Shown piece after piece: positions 10,644-21,628 of a DNA stretch of 24,000 bases. The position numbers were made by a program, and so were the translations under genes. Source of the stretch: Parashewanella spongiae (GTDB lineage: Bacteria > Pseudomonadota > Gammaproteobacteria > Enterobacterales > Shewanellaceae); NCBI RefSeq assembly GCF_004358345.1, contig NZ_CP037952.1, forward strand, positions 5,129,457 through 5,153,456, written 5' to 3'. Position 1 is the first letter of the stretch; every line of letters begins with the position of its first letter. Below the pieces are notes generated by a model that saw only the letters and a program-made list of their open reading frames with translations, searched no databases and had not been told where the DNA came from.

Positions 10644-10805
10644 TTACTTCGTTTCTACTTGCAAAATTTATAACGCAGCTAGCGGTGATTTTAGCAAGTA
10701 TATGAATGTTCAGCACTCACCTGATGGATCAGTTCTAGCTATTTTATTTTGCATTTAATTTCAATAGATTAGAGTTAAACTGCGCACTCAGCCGATTTAT
10801 TTAGG

Positions 10806-10829
10806 ATTATGGTTATAAACAACCATAAT
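10806..10829 (+). terminator. AT-rich hairpin ATTATGGTT-ATAAAC-AACCATAAT; possible original pckA terminator
   Basis: It has a 9-bp perfect stem. With R1-B removed it would lie 13 nt after the pckA stop. A T5 run follows 6 nt downstream (10836-10840). The stem is weak and AT-rich, so confidence is low. Confidence 0.3.
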
Positions 10830-10961
10830 TCACCTGTTTTTAAATGAATAGAACTTCATCTAACCCGCGGTATATCTTCATCTACACATCAACAGACCCA
10901 ACTATAATTATTGACTCAATCTATTCATTTATACGAGCTTTAGTTAATTCAGTGGGAGAGG

Positions 10962-12677
10962 ATGATGTTAAGTGGTTATCCACAGATAAACAGGCAAATG
11001 TATTCTCCTCATATCGGAGAACAAAACGGCACTGAGACATTCGCATCAAATGCAATACATAAACTAGCCGATTGCTTTAATAGCGAGAATAAAGCCTTAG
11101 CTCGTGAGAAGTTTAAATTATTATTTGAAAGTACAGAGTTACTTTTATCACAAAGACTGTGTAAAGACATTTTCGGTTTAATGCGCCCTGATTACCAAAG
11201 ACAAGGGCAAGATATTTATTTTAAGTTTCAACCCGAAGGCACACATTACCTTTCTCGTACTTACATGCATTCTTTATCTATTAAAATCCCTTTGTATTTA
11301 ACTGATGATGGGACGGAAGAATCAATCACGATTCCTGTATTAAAAAAAGAACGAGTCGCCGATGATTATTTATTTAACAACATTCTTGATCCAAATATGA
11401 AGCCGACATGTGTTATTCGTACGACCTTTATTCAATCAAATATCAATGAAATCACCCCTGATGCTTACTCTGTTTTTACAAGCTTACTCTGTAAGTTAGA
11501 ACAAGATTTTGATGAGAGAGAACTTTGCACTCTTGCCCATCAGTTAAACTGCTGCCTAAAACCAAATTCAAAGCTAAACTTTATTACTCGAACAGTGACT
11601 GGAATCTTTTACCACCAAAAACAATCGGTCTCTGGATTAATTGTAAACCTTCCAAATTCCCAACAAGTCGTTTATGCATCTTGCCCCTCCGAAGGCTCTG
11701 ATAGCTTTTTAACGCTTGCAGATGTCGGCAACATAACAGCTCATCTCATGTCAACAGATTACAGTTGCTTTGGTGTTACCCCAAACGACTTCTTCTCAAC
11801 CTTAGATCCGTTTATTGGTAAAAGTGCAAAAGCAGACTTACAACACTTTGTCGCGACAGCCGCTAAACTTTGCAAATATGGAATTCACAATATACTGAAA
11901 GTAGAATCCAGCATTAAAGAAGTTGATGGCGACAAGTTTCACCACCATTCACTGATTCTTTACGCTAAAAATAATAAAGTTAAAGTATTCGTTTCATCTC
12001 TTGGTGAGCGTATAACTAAAGGCGACTTCATGGCTCCTATCAGCGACGTTGAGCGGGAATCATGCCTAAGTTCATTAACTTTAAATATGCATCCAGAAGC
12101 CCACTTTTCTAGTCAATCACAAGCCCATATTAGTCCGCAATGGCAACAGCGACCACCTTATTGCGCACATCAAACACACACAACTCATTTAACACCAAAA
12201 AAGCGATCTATGATCCCCCCCCAAAGAACAGCCCCATGCCATACACAAGTAATCTCTGCTCAATATTTTTGGTCACATCCAGAGAGCCACCTAACAGCTA
12301 AAGCTGAAAAATTTGAGCTTAATGCATCACCTCAAGCTTCTGTTAACCATGCTGAATATTTTTCTCGTCTTGAAAGTGAATGGGAATCACTTTTTGAGCT
12401 GTTAACAACAAAGGCGCTTATTTCAACAGAAGAAGACTTAACTGCCGCGCACAATAATCTGCTGGGTGAGTGTAAAGCTGGCTGTAAGCAATACTTTGAA
12501 CTCATCAGAAATGATGAAGAAAACACACTGGAATCTCGTGTTTACTCAAAAGACGGACTAGCATCCGAAGTACTTGCTTCCGTTAAGTTAAGCAAACCTA
12601 TCTCGCGAAGAGAAACAACGAATTCGGAAATCAATTATCGTTGGGCTCACCAAGTAGCAGGGTTATCACGGCAATGA
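10962..12677 (+). CDS. Hypothetical protein, 571 aa, no family recognised (orphan)
   Basis: This is a long uninterrupted ORF in AT-rich DNA, with GGGAGAGG (10954-10961) just upstream of tandem ATGs at 10962 and 10965. It has no signal peptide or TM segment. It is Cys-rich, with a Gln/His/Pro/Thr-rich low-complexity stretch around residues 375-445 and a predicted helical acidic C-terminal region. I recognise no catalytic or domain motif. Confidence 0.65.
   Translation: MMLSGYPQINRQMYSPHIGEQNGTETFASNAIHKLADCFNSENKALAREKFKLLFESTELLLSQRLCKDIFGLMRPDYQRQGQDIYFKFQPEGTHYLSRTYMHSLSIKIPLYLTDDGTEESITIPVLKKERVADDYLFNNILDPNMKPTCVIRTTFIQSNINEITPDAYSVFTSLLCKLEQDFDERELCTLAHQLNCCLKPNSKLNFITRTVTGIFYHQKQSVSGLIVNLPNSQQVVYASCPSEGSDSFLTLADVGNITAHLMSTDYSCFGVTPNDFFSTLDPFIGKSAKADLQHFVATAAKLCKYGIHNILKVESSIKEVDGDKFHHHSLILYAKNNKVKVFVSSLGERITKGDFMAPISDVERESCLSSLTLNMHPEAHFSSQSQAHISPQWQQRPPYCAHQTHTTHLTPKKRSMIPPQRTAPCHTQVISAQYFWSHPESHLTAKAEKFELNASPQASVNHAEYFSRLESEWESLFELLTTKALISTEEDLTAAHNNLLGECKAGCKQYFELIRNDEENTLESRVYSKDGLASEVLASVKLSKPISRRETTNSEINYRWAHQVAGLSRQ
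12215..12222 (+). repeat. C8 homopolymer inside the orphan ORF
   Basis: The sequence reads ATG ATC CCC CCC CAA. It is the only long G/C homopolymer I noticed in this AT-rich window. Confidence 0.9.
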
Positions 12678-12681
12678 CTTA

Positions 12682-12889
12682 TACCAATTACTACCTGATG
12701 TGTAATTAATTTTTGATATGCATGACAATACCTTAGAATGATTGATTCTAAAAAATCCTACCTGAAGGATACGATCTTTTTGCTCTAAAAAAGATAAAGA
12801 GACTGAATTCCTGCCTTCGCAGGAATGACGATGTGAACAATTTCAATGAGTTACAAAATCAACACATCAGGTAATTACTGTAATTGGTA
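12682..12889. mobile_element. MITE-like element family R5, copy C (208 bp)
   Basis: The left end TACCAATTACTACCTGATGTGT (12682-12703) matches the rc of ACACATCAGGTAATTACTGTAATTGGTA (12862-12889) with a 6-nt indel. The interior hairpin ATTCCTGC-CTTC-GCAGGAAT (12807-12826) followed by GACGAT matches the right arm of R3-B. The flanks are TTA (12679-12681) and TAA (12890-12892). It starts 4 nt after the orphan ORF stop codon. Confidence 0.7.
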
Positions 12890-12920
12890 TAAGAACTTGA
12901 TTAAAACAGAATCCAATCAC

Positions 12921-13319
12921 TTAATCATATAAGTATTTGGTAAATAACAAATTCACTACAGCTTTTTTACCCATTTCCTCAGTGAGCAGCTGATTAACGG
13001 TTTCAAGGCACTGTTGGCGCATGGTTTCCCTACCACTCAGTGACTTTATTTGTGCTTCCGTTTGGTTCCCTAGAATTTCAATAATCGCCGCTCGCAGTAA
13101 AGGTTCGTGATGCTCAATCATTGATAAATCATCTTTACCACGAACCATTAATTCAACATTCACTCGCACAAAGCCAAGTTTTTTACGATTTGATAGGTAA
13201 TTGGTAACAATATCCGGTTCAAAACCATAATAAGCGTAATCATCAACAGCTGAATCTTCGGCGTGCACGGCCACAATGGAAGTGAAGGTGAGTAAAAATG
13301 CCAATACAAGCTGTTTCAT
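12921..13319 (-). CDS. FliL-like (flagellar basal-body-associated FliL family) small exported or membrane-anchored protein
   Basis: The 132-aa product has an N-terminal hydrophobic signal or anchor (MKQLVLAFLLTFTSIVAVHA). The pattern YYGFEPDIVTNY...FVRVNVELMV...EPLLRAAIIEILGNQT...L matches the FliL-family core. It stands alone, with no flagellar genes nearby. Confidence 0.6.
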   Translation of the reverse strand: MKQLVLAFLLTFTSIVAVHAEDSAVDDYAYYGFEPDIVTNYLSNRKKLGFVRVNVELMVRGKDDLSMIEHHEPLLRAAIIEILGNQTEAQIKSLSGRETMRQQCLETVNQLLTEEMGKKAVVNLLFTKYLYD

Positions 13320-13422
13320 GCTAGTTAAAACTCCTCAAGCTATTTCCTCGCTAACCACTCTATATGGGTTATCAAGGTCATGGTAAACTGTTATGGTTTA
13401 TTAATATTCTTGCGAGTAGCTC

Positions 13423-16214
<2,792 letters not shown>

Positions 16215-16278
16215 CTATCATAAACAATTCGATTCAGAAACGGTCATATTTCAAACATTGTTTTTGCTTGTAATTTAT

Positions 16279-16872
16279 TTACGCCACTTTATTGAAGTAG
16301 TCAGAAAGTCCATCCAACAACATCTGCACTGAAATCATTACCAGTACCATCCCCATTAAACGCTCAACGGCTGTTAAACCTTTCTCTCCGAGAAGCCGTG
16401 TGAACAATTGATAGAACATCAAAATAACCGCACTGGCCGCCCATGAAAGTACAAGTGCTATCGTCCAGTCACTCATTCGGGAACTGTCAGTGTGAGCCAG
16501 TAGAATTAAGGTGGCTAAAATTGAAGGTCCCGCCATTAGCGGTATAGCCATAGGTACTATAAAGGGTTCTTCACCAGCCGCTAAGCCAACAACACCTCCA
16601 GGTTGGGGAAAAATCATTTTGAGTGCAATTAAGAATAAAATGATGCCACCAGCAATGCTTACCGATTCTGGACGTAAATTTAAGAAAGTGAGTATGGCTT
16701 CGCCAGCATATAAAAACAGCATCATGATAGCCAAAGCAAACAACAATTCACGGATTAATACCTTGCGACGCTTTGCTGGATCAATATGTCGTAAAATCGA
16801 CGCAAATATCGGCAAGTTCCCTAGAGGATCCATAATTAAAAACAACATGACTGTGGCAGAAAATATATCCAT
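16279..16872 (-). CDS. MarC-family (UPF0056) integral membrane protein
   Basis: The product is 197 aa with six hydrophobic segments and the N-terminal signature LFLIMDPLGNLPIF typical of MarC/YhgN proteins. Confidence 0.8.
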   Translation of the reverse strand: MDIFSATVMLFLIMDPLGNLPIFASILRHIDPAKRRKVLIRELLFALAIMMLFLYAGEAILTFLNLRPESVSIAGGIILFLIALKMIFPQPGGVVGLAAGEEPFIVPMAIPLMAGPSILATLILLAHTDSSRMSDWTIALVLSWAASAVILMFYQLFTRLLGEKGLTAVERLMGMVLVMISVQMLLDGLSDYFNKVA

Positions 16873-17117
16873 GACAGAATTAGACTCAAAGCAGGTGAAA
16901 ACACCTCATTCTATACTCAAATGATGATAAATGAAGGTGGTTTTTAGTGTTTTAGTGTGCAATAACTTACTTTCAGTGAAATATTGAAATTTTCTGTTGG
17001 CAATCGATTTAATACCAATCCATTTTAATACAAGCAGATAGATTTTAGTGCTAGTACTGCCTTCATTTCGCTTTTAGGTATATACTTCAGCGTTGCCCAT
17101 TTTTCAGCTAAGAAAAC

Positions 17118-18623
17118 ATGCTTTATCTCATCGCCAGTTTAATTGCCTTACTCATAGGGCCACTTTGTTATCGTTTTCTTGCCTCGGGTACGGGACTGCA
17201 AAAAGGCTTAGATGGGTTTATTTTTGTGGCATTGGGTGGCTTAGTTTTAATTCACATTTTACCTGAATTACTTGAACATGGCGGATGGCTATCATTAGTT
17301 TTTATCGTAATCGGTTTATGGGGGCCGACAGCGAGCGAGAGACTATTCCATCGTTACTCTGAAGTCACTCATAACATCACGCTTGTTTTAGGTGTTTTGG
17401 GGTTGCTGCTCCACACCTTGACAGATGGCGGCGCGCTTGTCCTTGCTGGCCAACCTGAGAATTCATCATTATTAGCACTGGGCATTATACTTCATAGGCT
17501 CCCTGTCGGGATTGCCATTTGGTGGTTACTGAAACCTCAAGTCGGTACTAAATGGGCCAGCGTTGTTATCGGTTTCATGATGCTGCTTACGGCTATCGGC
17601 TACTTTGTGGGCGAGCAATTACTTACTCAACTCAGTCTTGACAACACCGTATATTTACAAGCTTTCGTTACCGGCTCAATCCTTCACGTGGTATTGCATC
17701 AGCCCCATGTTCAACATCATGAAGATAAAAAAGGTCGGTATGAGTATCATGCTGGAATCGGCAGTTTATTGGGTATTGGGTTATTGTTGGTATTATTAGG
17801 TATGGAAAACATTTCCCATGATCATGACAAGCACTCACACCTATTGACAGAGTTTTGGCGCTGGGCTTTGACATTATCACCGGTGTTGTTGTTAGCGTTT
17901 ATTTCAACGACAATTTTTTATTCCTTAGGACTCAGAACAAACACAAATAATCCAAAATCAGCATGGTTACAGAAATTAGTAGGTCCAGAGGCTATTGTTA
18001 TCACAGGAATAATTTTAGGAATAGACTTTCTCACTGTGTATTTTATTTGTATCGGAGCCTTATATTGGTTTTTAATTCATCGCAACGTAATGCCTGTTAT
18101 GCCCCATTCAACTTCAACTTCATTATGGCAATTTAGTTTTCAACACGCCGTTGATCAAAGTGCTCCATGGATTATTTTAAGCTTAGTATTGGCTAATTTA
18201 ATCGGGCATCCGGCATTACCACTACAGAGCCCATTTAGCCAAATTACTTTTTTGGCTATTTTATTTGTAATACTCCGTTTTGAGCGTCTCGGTGCTGCAA
18301 TATTTGCCGTTTCTATCGCTTATAACAATTGGAGTCCTCAAGCCGTCATTTTTGTATTACTTGCCGCCACTTTGTTACCTTCCTCTCAATTAAAAAAATT
18401 AGGTCGTTTCAATTCTTTAATAGTATTCGTTATCTTAATCATCAGCTTATCATTAAGCTCTCTATTTGAGTTTAAAATAGGCGCTTTATTCGTTTTACCA
18501 GACTCCCTTAATCTCGTGTCATCAATCACGTTAGGTTTGTTATTCACGTCCAGCTTGCTACGCCAGGGTCCAAGAAACTTCCTACAACCGCTTATCATTA
18601 AAAAGCCTCACAAACACCATTAG
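17118..18623 (+). CDS. Polytopic membrane protein: ZIP-like metal-transporter N-terminal half, His-rich loop, additional C-terminal membrane domain
   Basis: The ZIP-type motifs LLLHTLTDGGA (HxxxDG) and ILHRLPVGIA (HxxPxG) are present. His-rich loops HVVLHQPHVQHHEDKKGRYEYH and ISHDHDKHSH follow, with a KPHKHH C-terminus. About 250 further hydrophobic residues match nothing I can name. Confidence 0.5.
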   Translation: MLYLIASLIALLIGPLCYRFLASGTGLQKGLDGFIFVALGGLVLIHILPELLEHGGWLSLVFIVIGLWGPTASERLFHRYSEVTHNITLVLGVLGLLLHTLTDGGALVLAGQPENSSLLALGIILHRLPVGIAIWWLLKPQVGTKWASVVIGFMMLLTAIGYFVGEQLLTQLSLDNTVYLQAFVTGSILHVVLHQPHVQHHEDKKGRYEYHAGIGSLLGIGLLLVLLGMENISHDHDKHSHLLTEFWRWALTLSPVLLLAFISTTIFYSLGLRTNTNNPKSAWLQKLVGPEAIVITGIILGIDFLTVYFICIGALYWFLIHRNVMPVMPHSTSTSLWQFSFQHAVDQSAPWIILSLVLANLIGHPALPLQSPFSQITFLAILFVILRFERLGAAIFAVSIAYNNWSPQAVIFVLLAATLLPSSQLKKLGRFNSLIVFVILIISLSLSSLFEFKIGALFVLPDSLNLVSSITLGLLFTSSLLRQGPRNFLQPLIIKKPHKHH

Positions 18624-18903
18624 CTATTATCTAACAGATCGTTAAAACTTGTTTACAGCTACTCTCTCAAAAGTATTGGTTCAATTTGTGAGGGAGATCA
18701 CGGACAAATCATAAATTCAATCTCGTTCACTACTTTTAATGTGATAGTTTGAAAATCCAAGCGGTTAGGGCTGCGTCAATCTAATATTTCAAAACGATGA
18801 TGAGTAAGGAAGCTTCGTTGAAACACCATTCATGATGAAGAAAATGTAAGTCATATAGACTGATGTACTAATAACTGCTCATTAACACATTAGGGAGTTT
18901 ATT

Positions 18904-20022
18904 TTGAAAATCCTCATGATCTTTGGCACTCGACCTGAAGCTATAAAGATGTGTCCATTGGCACTCAAGCTAACGGAAAACAAGGAGCTTGATGTTAAAA
19001 TCTGTGTTACTGCTCAACATCGTCATATGCTTGATCAAGTCCTGCAAATTTTTAACCTTAAACCCGATTATGACCTCAATTTGATGAAACCCAACCAAAC
19101 TTTAGAATGGTTAACCGGAGCAATCATTGAAGGTGTCGGTCAGGTTATTTCTGACTTTAAGCCTCAGTTAGTTTTAGTTCATGGGGACACAACAACATCG
19201 TTTTCTGCAGCACTAGCTGCTTTTTATCAAAAGGTTGATGTTGGGCATGTCGAAGCAGGGTTGCGGACTGGAGACATCCATTCCCCTTGGCCTGAAGAAG
19301 CCAATCGAAAGCTGACCGCAACCTTAACCATGCTTCATTTTGCTCCAACCGATGCTGCGGCACAAAATTTAAAAAATGAAGGTTATTCAACTAATAACAT
19401 CTTCGTTACTGGAAATACAGTGATAGATGCTTTATTCAAAACCCTTGAGTTCACCAGAAAAAATAGATTTGTCCCTGCACAACAACTGCAAAAAATACTG
19501 CCGACTCTCGAAAATAAGAAAATAATACTCATTACGGGGCACCGCCGTGAAAATTTTGGCACAGGTTTTCAAAATATTTGTACTTCACTCAAAATTATTG
19601 CACAGACTTACCCTGATGTAGAGCTTGTATACCCTGTGCACTTAAACCCTCATGTTCAACAGCCTGTTTACGACACGCTAGGTAATTTAGATAACTTTCA
19701 TTTAATTGAACCATTAGACTACCAATCATTCGTTTTGCTTATGGACTTAGCCGATATCATCTTAACTGATTCCGGAGGTATTCAAGAAGAAGCACCTTCA
19801 TTGAATAAACCTGTTTTAGTGTTCAGGGAGAAAACCGAGCGCCCAGAAGCTGTAAATGCTGGGGCTGTCCGCATAGTTGGTACTGATATCAACCGAATTG
19901 TTACCGAGGTTAGCACACTTATCGATAAACCAAATGCATTTGGTAAAGCGGCAAATCCATATGGAGATGGGAAAGCTTGCCAAAGGATTTCGGACATCAT
20001 TAAACGCTATTATCGAGTATAA
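18904..20022 (+). CDS. wecB: UDP-N-acetylglucosamine 2-epimerase (non-hydrolysing)
   Basis: The N-terminus MKILMIFGTRPEAIKM, plus HVEAGLRT, PEEANR and GGIQEEAPSL, match WecB/MnaA. The start is TTG at 18904, with GGGAG (18893-18897) 6 nt upstream, and the N-terminus aligns with E. coli WecB (MKVLTVFGTRPEAIKM). Confidence 0.9.
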   Translation: MKILMIFGTRPEAIKMCPLALKLTENKELDVKICVTAQHRHMLDQVLQIFNLKPDYDLNLMKPNQTLEWLTGAIIEGVGQVISDFKPQLVLVHGDTTTSFSAALAAFYQKVDVGHVEAGLRTGDIHSPWPEEANRKLTATLTMLHFAPTDAAAQNLKNEGYSTNNIFVTGNTVIDALFKTLEFTRKNRFVPAQQLQKILPTLENKKIILITGHRRENFGTGFQNICTSLKIIAQTYPDVELVYPVHLNPHVQQPVYDTLGNLDNFHLIEPLDYQSFVLLMDLADIILTDSGGIQEEAPSLNKPVLVFREKTERPEAVNAGAVRIVGTDINRIVTEVSTLIDKPNAFGKAANPYGDGKACQRISDIIKRYYRV

Positions 20023-20024
20023 CA

Positions 20025-21170
20025 ATGCCTAATATCTATATTATTTATCGTTCAATGTTCGATAACACTGGTAAATTGACAACCATTGGCGGTATCGAAA
20101 ATTACATTCTTTCATTGATTGATGTTTTTTCCGAACAAGGCTGGGGAGTTCATGTTGTTCAACCTGCCGCCACTCCTTTTGAAATAAAAAGCAAAAACCA
20201 TTACATTCATGGAATAAAAACTGGCTTTTGGAAAGGAAACTTAAAAAAAGTTTCTCTCGTCAGATGGGTGAAACAACGAAATAGTATAAAAAAGCGTAAA
20301 GACATTGTGATATTCGCTACTGACAGCTATGCGGTTTCTATGCCTGAATATAACACTGTCGCGATACAACATGGTATATCGTGGGATAAACCAAGAACCC
20401 AAAGTTGTGCACCAAGACAATTCTTTAGCTCTTTACTTAATCAATGTAAGTACCTGTCTTACACAGGTAAAAGCAAGACTCTTGTCTGTGTTGATCATAA
20501 TTTTATCAATTGGTATCGAACGTGGTTTAACCTCAAAAATAATTCAATGAAAGTTATCTATAACTTTTATGAAAACAAGATTTCTGAAAAAGATTTCAAA
20601 GATAAATGGTCAATTGACGCTTCTACAAGCCCTCTGAAAGTAATTATTGCTCGCCGATTTGTCGACTACCGCGGAATAAAACTGATAGCCCCAATTATCA
20701 AGGAAGTGTTATCCGAGCACAGAAATGTCGAGTTTACTTTTGCTGGAGAAGGTCCACTTAAACCCTATTTAGATGCTCTCTTTGCCGATGAACCAAGAGT
20801 GACTTTAATTAAGTACGCTCCAAAAGAAAGTTTTGATATTCATCAACAACATCATATTGCAATAATTCCAACCCTGGGTTCTGAAGGCACTTCGTTATCA
20901 ATGATTGAAGCGATGTCTTCTGGCTGTGCCGTTATTAGCAGTAATGTTGGCGGTTTATCCAATTTAATTATTAACGGCTACAATGGACAGCTCGTCATAC
21001 CAACTTCCTCTGAACTAAAATCAGCCCTAATGCACTGTTTATTAGATTTAAACTTCCCCAAGCAACTCGCCTACAATGGATTACAATCAATCAGTTCAGC
21101 ATGTTCTAAAGAAACATGGGCTGACAATTGGGTTTCGGTAGTTAAGGATTTAACTACCGAAACCCTATAA
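20025..21170 (+). CDS. GT4-family (GT-B fold) glycosyltransferase
   Basis: It carries the C-terminal E-x7-E type motif EGTSLSMIEAMSSGCAVISSNVGGLSNLIINGYNG. It starts 2 nt after the wecB stop, which suggests translational coupling. The stop TAA (21168-21170) lies inside the left terminal repeat of R1-D. Confidence 0.8.
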   Translation: MPNIYIIYRSMFDNTGKLTTIGGIENYILSLIDVFSEQGWGVHVVQPAATPFEIKSKNHYIHGIKTGFWKGNLKKVSLVRWVKQRNSIKKRKDIVIFATDSYAVSMPEYNTVAIQHGISWDKPRTQSCAPRQFFSSLLNQCKYLSYTGKSKTLVCVDHNFINWYRTWFNLKNNSMKVIYNFYENKISEKDFKDKWSIDASTSPLKVIIARRFVDYRGIKLIAPIIKEVLSEHRNVEFTFAGEGPLKPYLDALFADEPRVTLIKYAPKESFDIHQQHHIAIIPTLGSEGTSLSMIEAMSSGCAVISSNVGGLSNLIINGYNGQLVIPTSSELKSALMHCLLDLNFPKQLAYNGLQSISSACSKETWADNWVSVVKDLTTETL

Positions 21171-21562
21171 AAATCAGTTGGTGGCGTTCTTAAACGCAGA
21201 GAAAATTTTCGATAGCAAGGCGTGACTTGAAGTAAGTAGTGGTTCTACTTATAACTGACATTGTGCATATCTATTAAAAACCTAAAATTAATGAATGGTT
21301 ACTCATTTTTGCGTTATAAAAATGTTTATATCGGTTAATTTTAAGTAAAATATAGATAAAAGGTGATTTCTTATTCAACCTTAACCACATAACTATTCCG
21401 TGTGCGCAATGTCTGTTATAAAAGTTACAACGCAGCAAGCAGTAATTTTAGCCAGTTCACGAACGTCAAGCATTCACTCAATGGATGAATACACTTTATG
21501 GCTTCTACGGTTGAACTTGAGTTATTTATCTTACTTCTAGGCGTCAAACTAATTTTTCTAGG
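21164..21562 (+). mobile_element. MITE-like element family R1, copy D (231 bp of R1 plus nested R2 copy 1)
   Basis: The left end CCTATAAAAATCAGTTGG (21164-21181) matches the rc of the right end CAAACTAATTTTTCTAGG (21545-21562). Both arms align with copies A and B. I see no convincing target duplication: the flanks are GAAAC and TTAAA. Confidence 0.75.
21254..21416 (+). mobile_element. MITE-like element family R2, copy 1 (163 bp), nested in R1-D
   Basis: The terminal inverted repeats are ACTGACATTGTGCATAT and the rc of GTGTGCGCAATGTCTGT. It is about 90 percent identical to 22438-22600. It is flanked by TATA (21250-21253) and TATA (21417-21420). Confidence 0.85.
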
Positions 21563-21628
21563 TTAAATTATCGTGGCATTCAATATTCGGTTCGACAAAC
21601 AAATAAAAACCCGCTATCAATAAAGCTA

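Larger units (their letters stand above)
10057..10805 (+). mobile_element. MITE-like element family R1, copy B (about 260 bp of R1 sequence plus about 490 bp of nested elements)
   Basis: The left end CCTAAATAAATCAG (10057-10070) matches the rc of the right end CCGATTTATTTAGG (10792-10805). Both arms align with copies A and D. It is flanked by the perfect direct repeat ATTAT (10052-10056 and 10806-10810). It begins 17 nt after the pckA stop. Confidence 0.8.

Noticed and set aside
7528-10810. Possibility that the repeated sequences form a CRISPR array
   Set aside because: The repeats differ in length and family, are often inverted, are nested rather than regularly spaced, and have no uniform spacers and no cas genes.
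10844-11035. 63-codon ORF overlapping the start of the orphan gene
   Set aside because: It is in a different frame across the orphan gene's RBS and start, has no RBS of its own, and is most likely a chance ORF.
16921-17000. Fur/Zur-box-like AT-rich partial palindromes (AATGATGATAAATGA; GTGAAATATTGAAATTTTC) upstream of the ZIP-like gene
   Set aside because: These are only partial matches to the Fur (GATAATGATAATCATTATC) or Zur consensus sequences, and such strings are expected by chance in AT-rich DNA.
18760-18774. JUMPstart/ops-like sequence AGCGGTTAGGGCTG in the wecB leader
   Set aside because: It differs from the ops core GGCGGTAG by an inserted T and a first-base mismatch, so I do not consider it sufficient to call an RfaH-dependent element.
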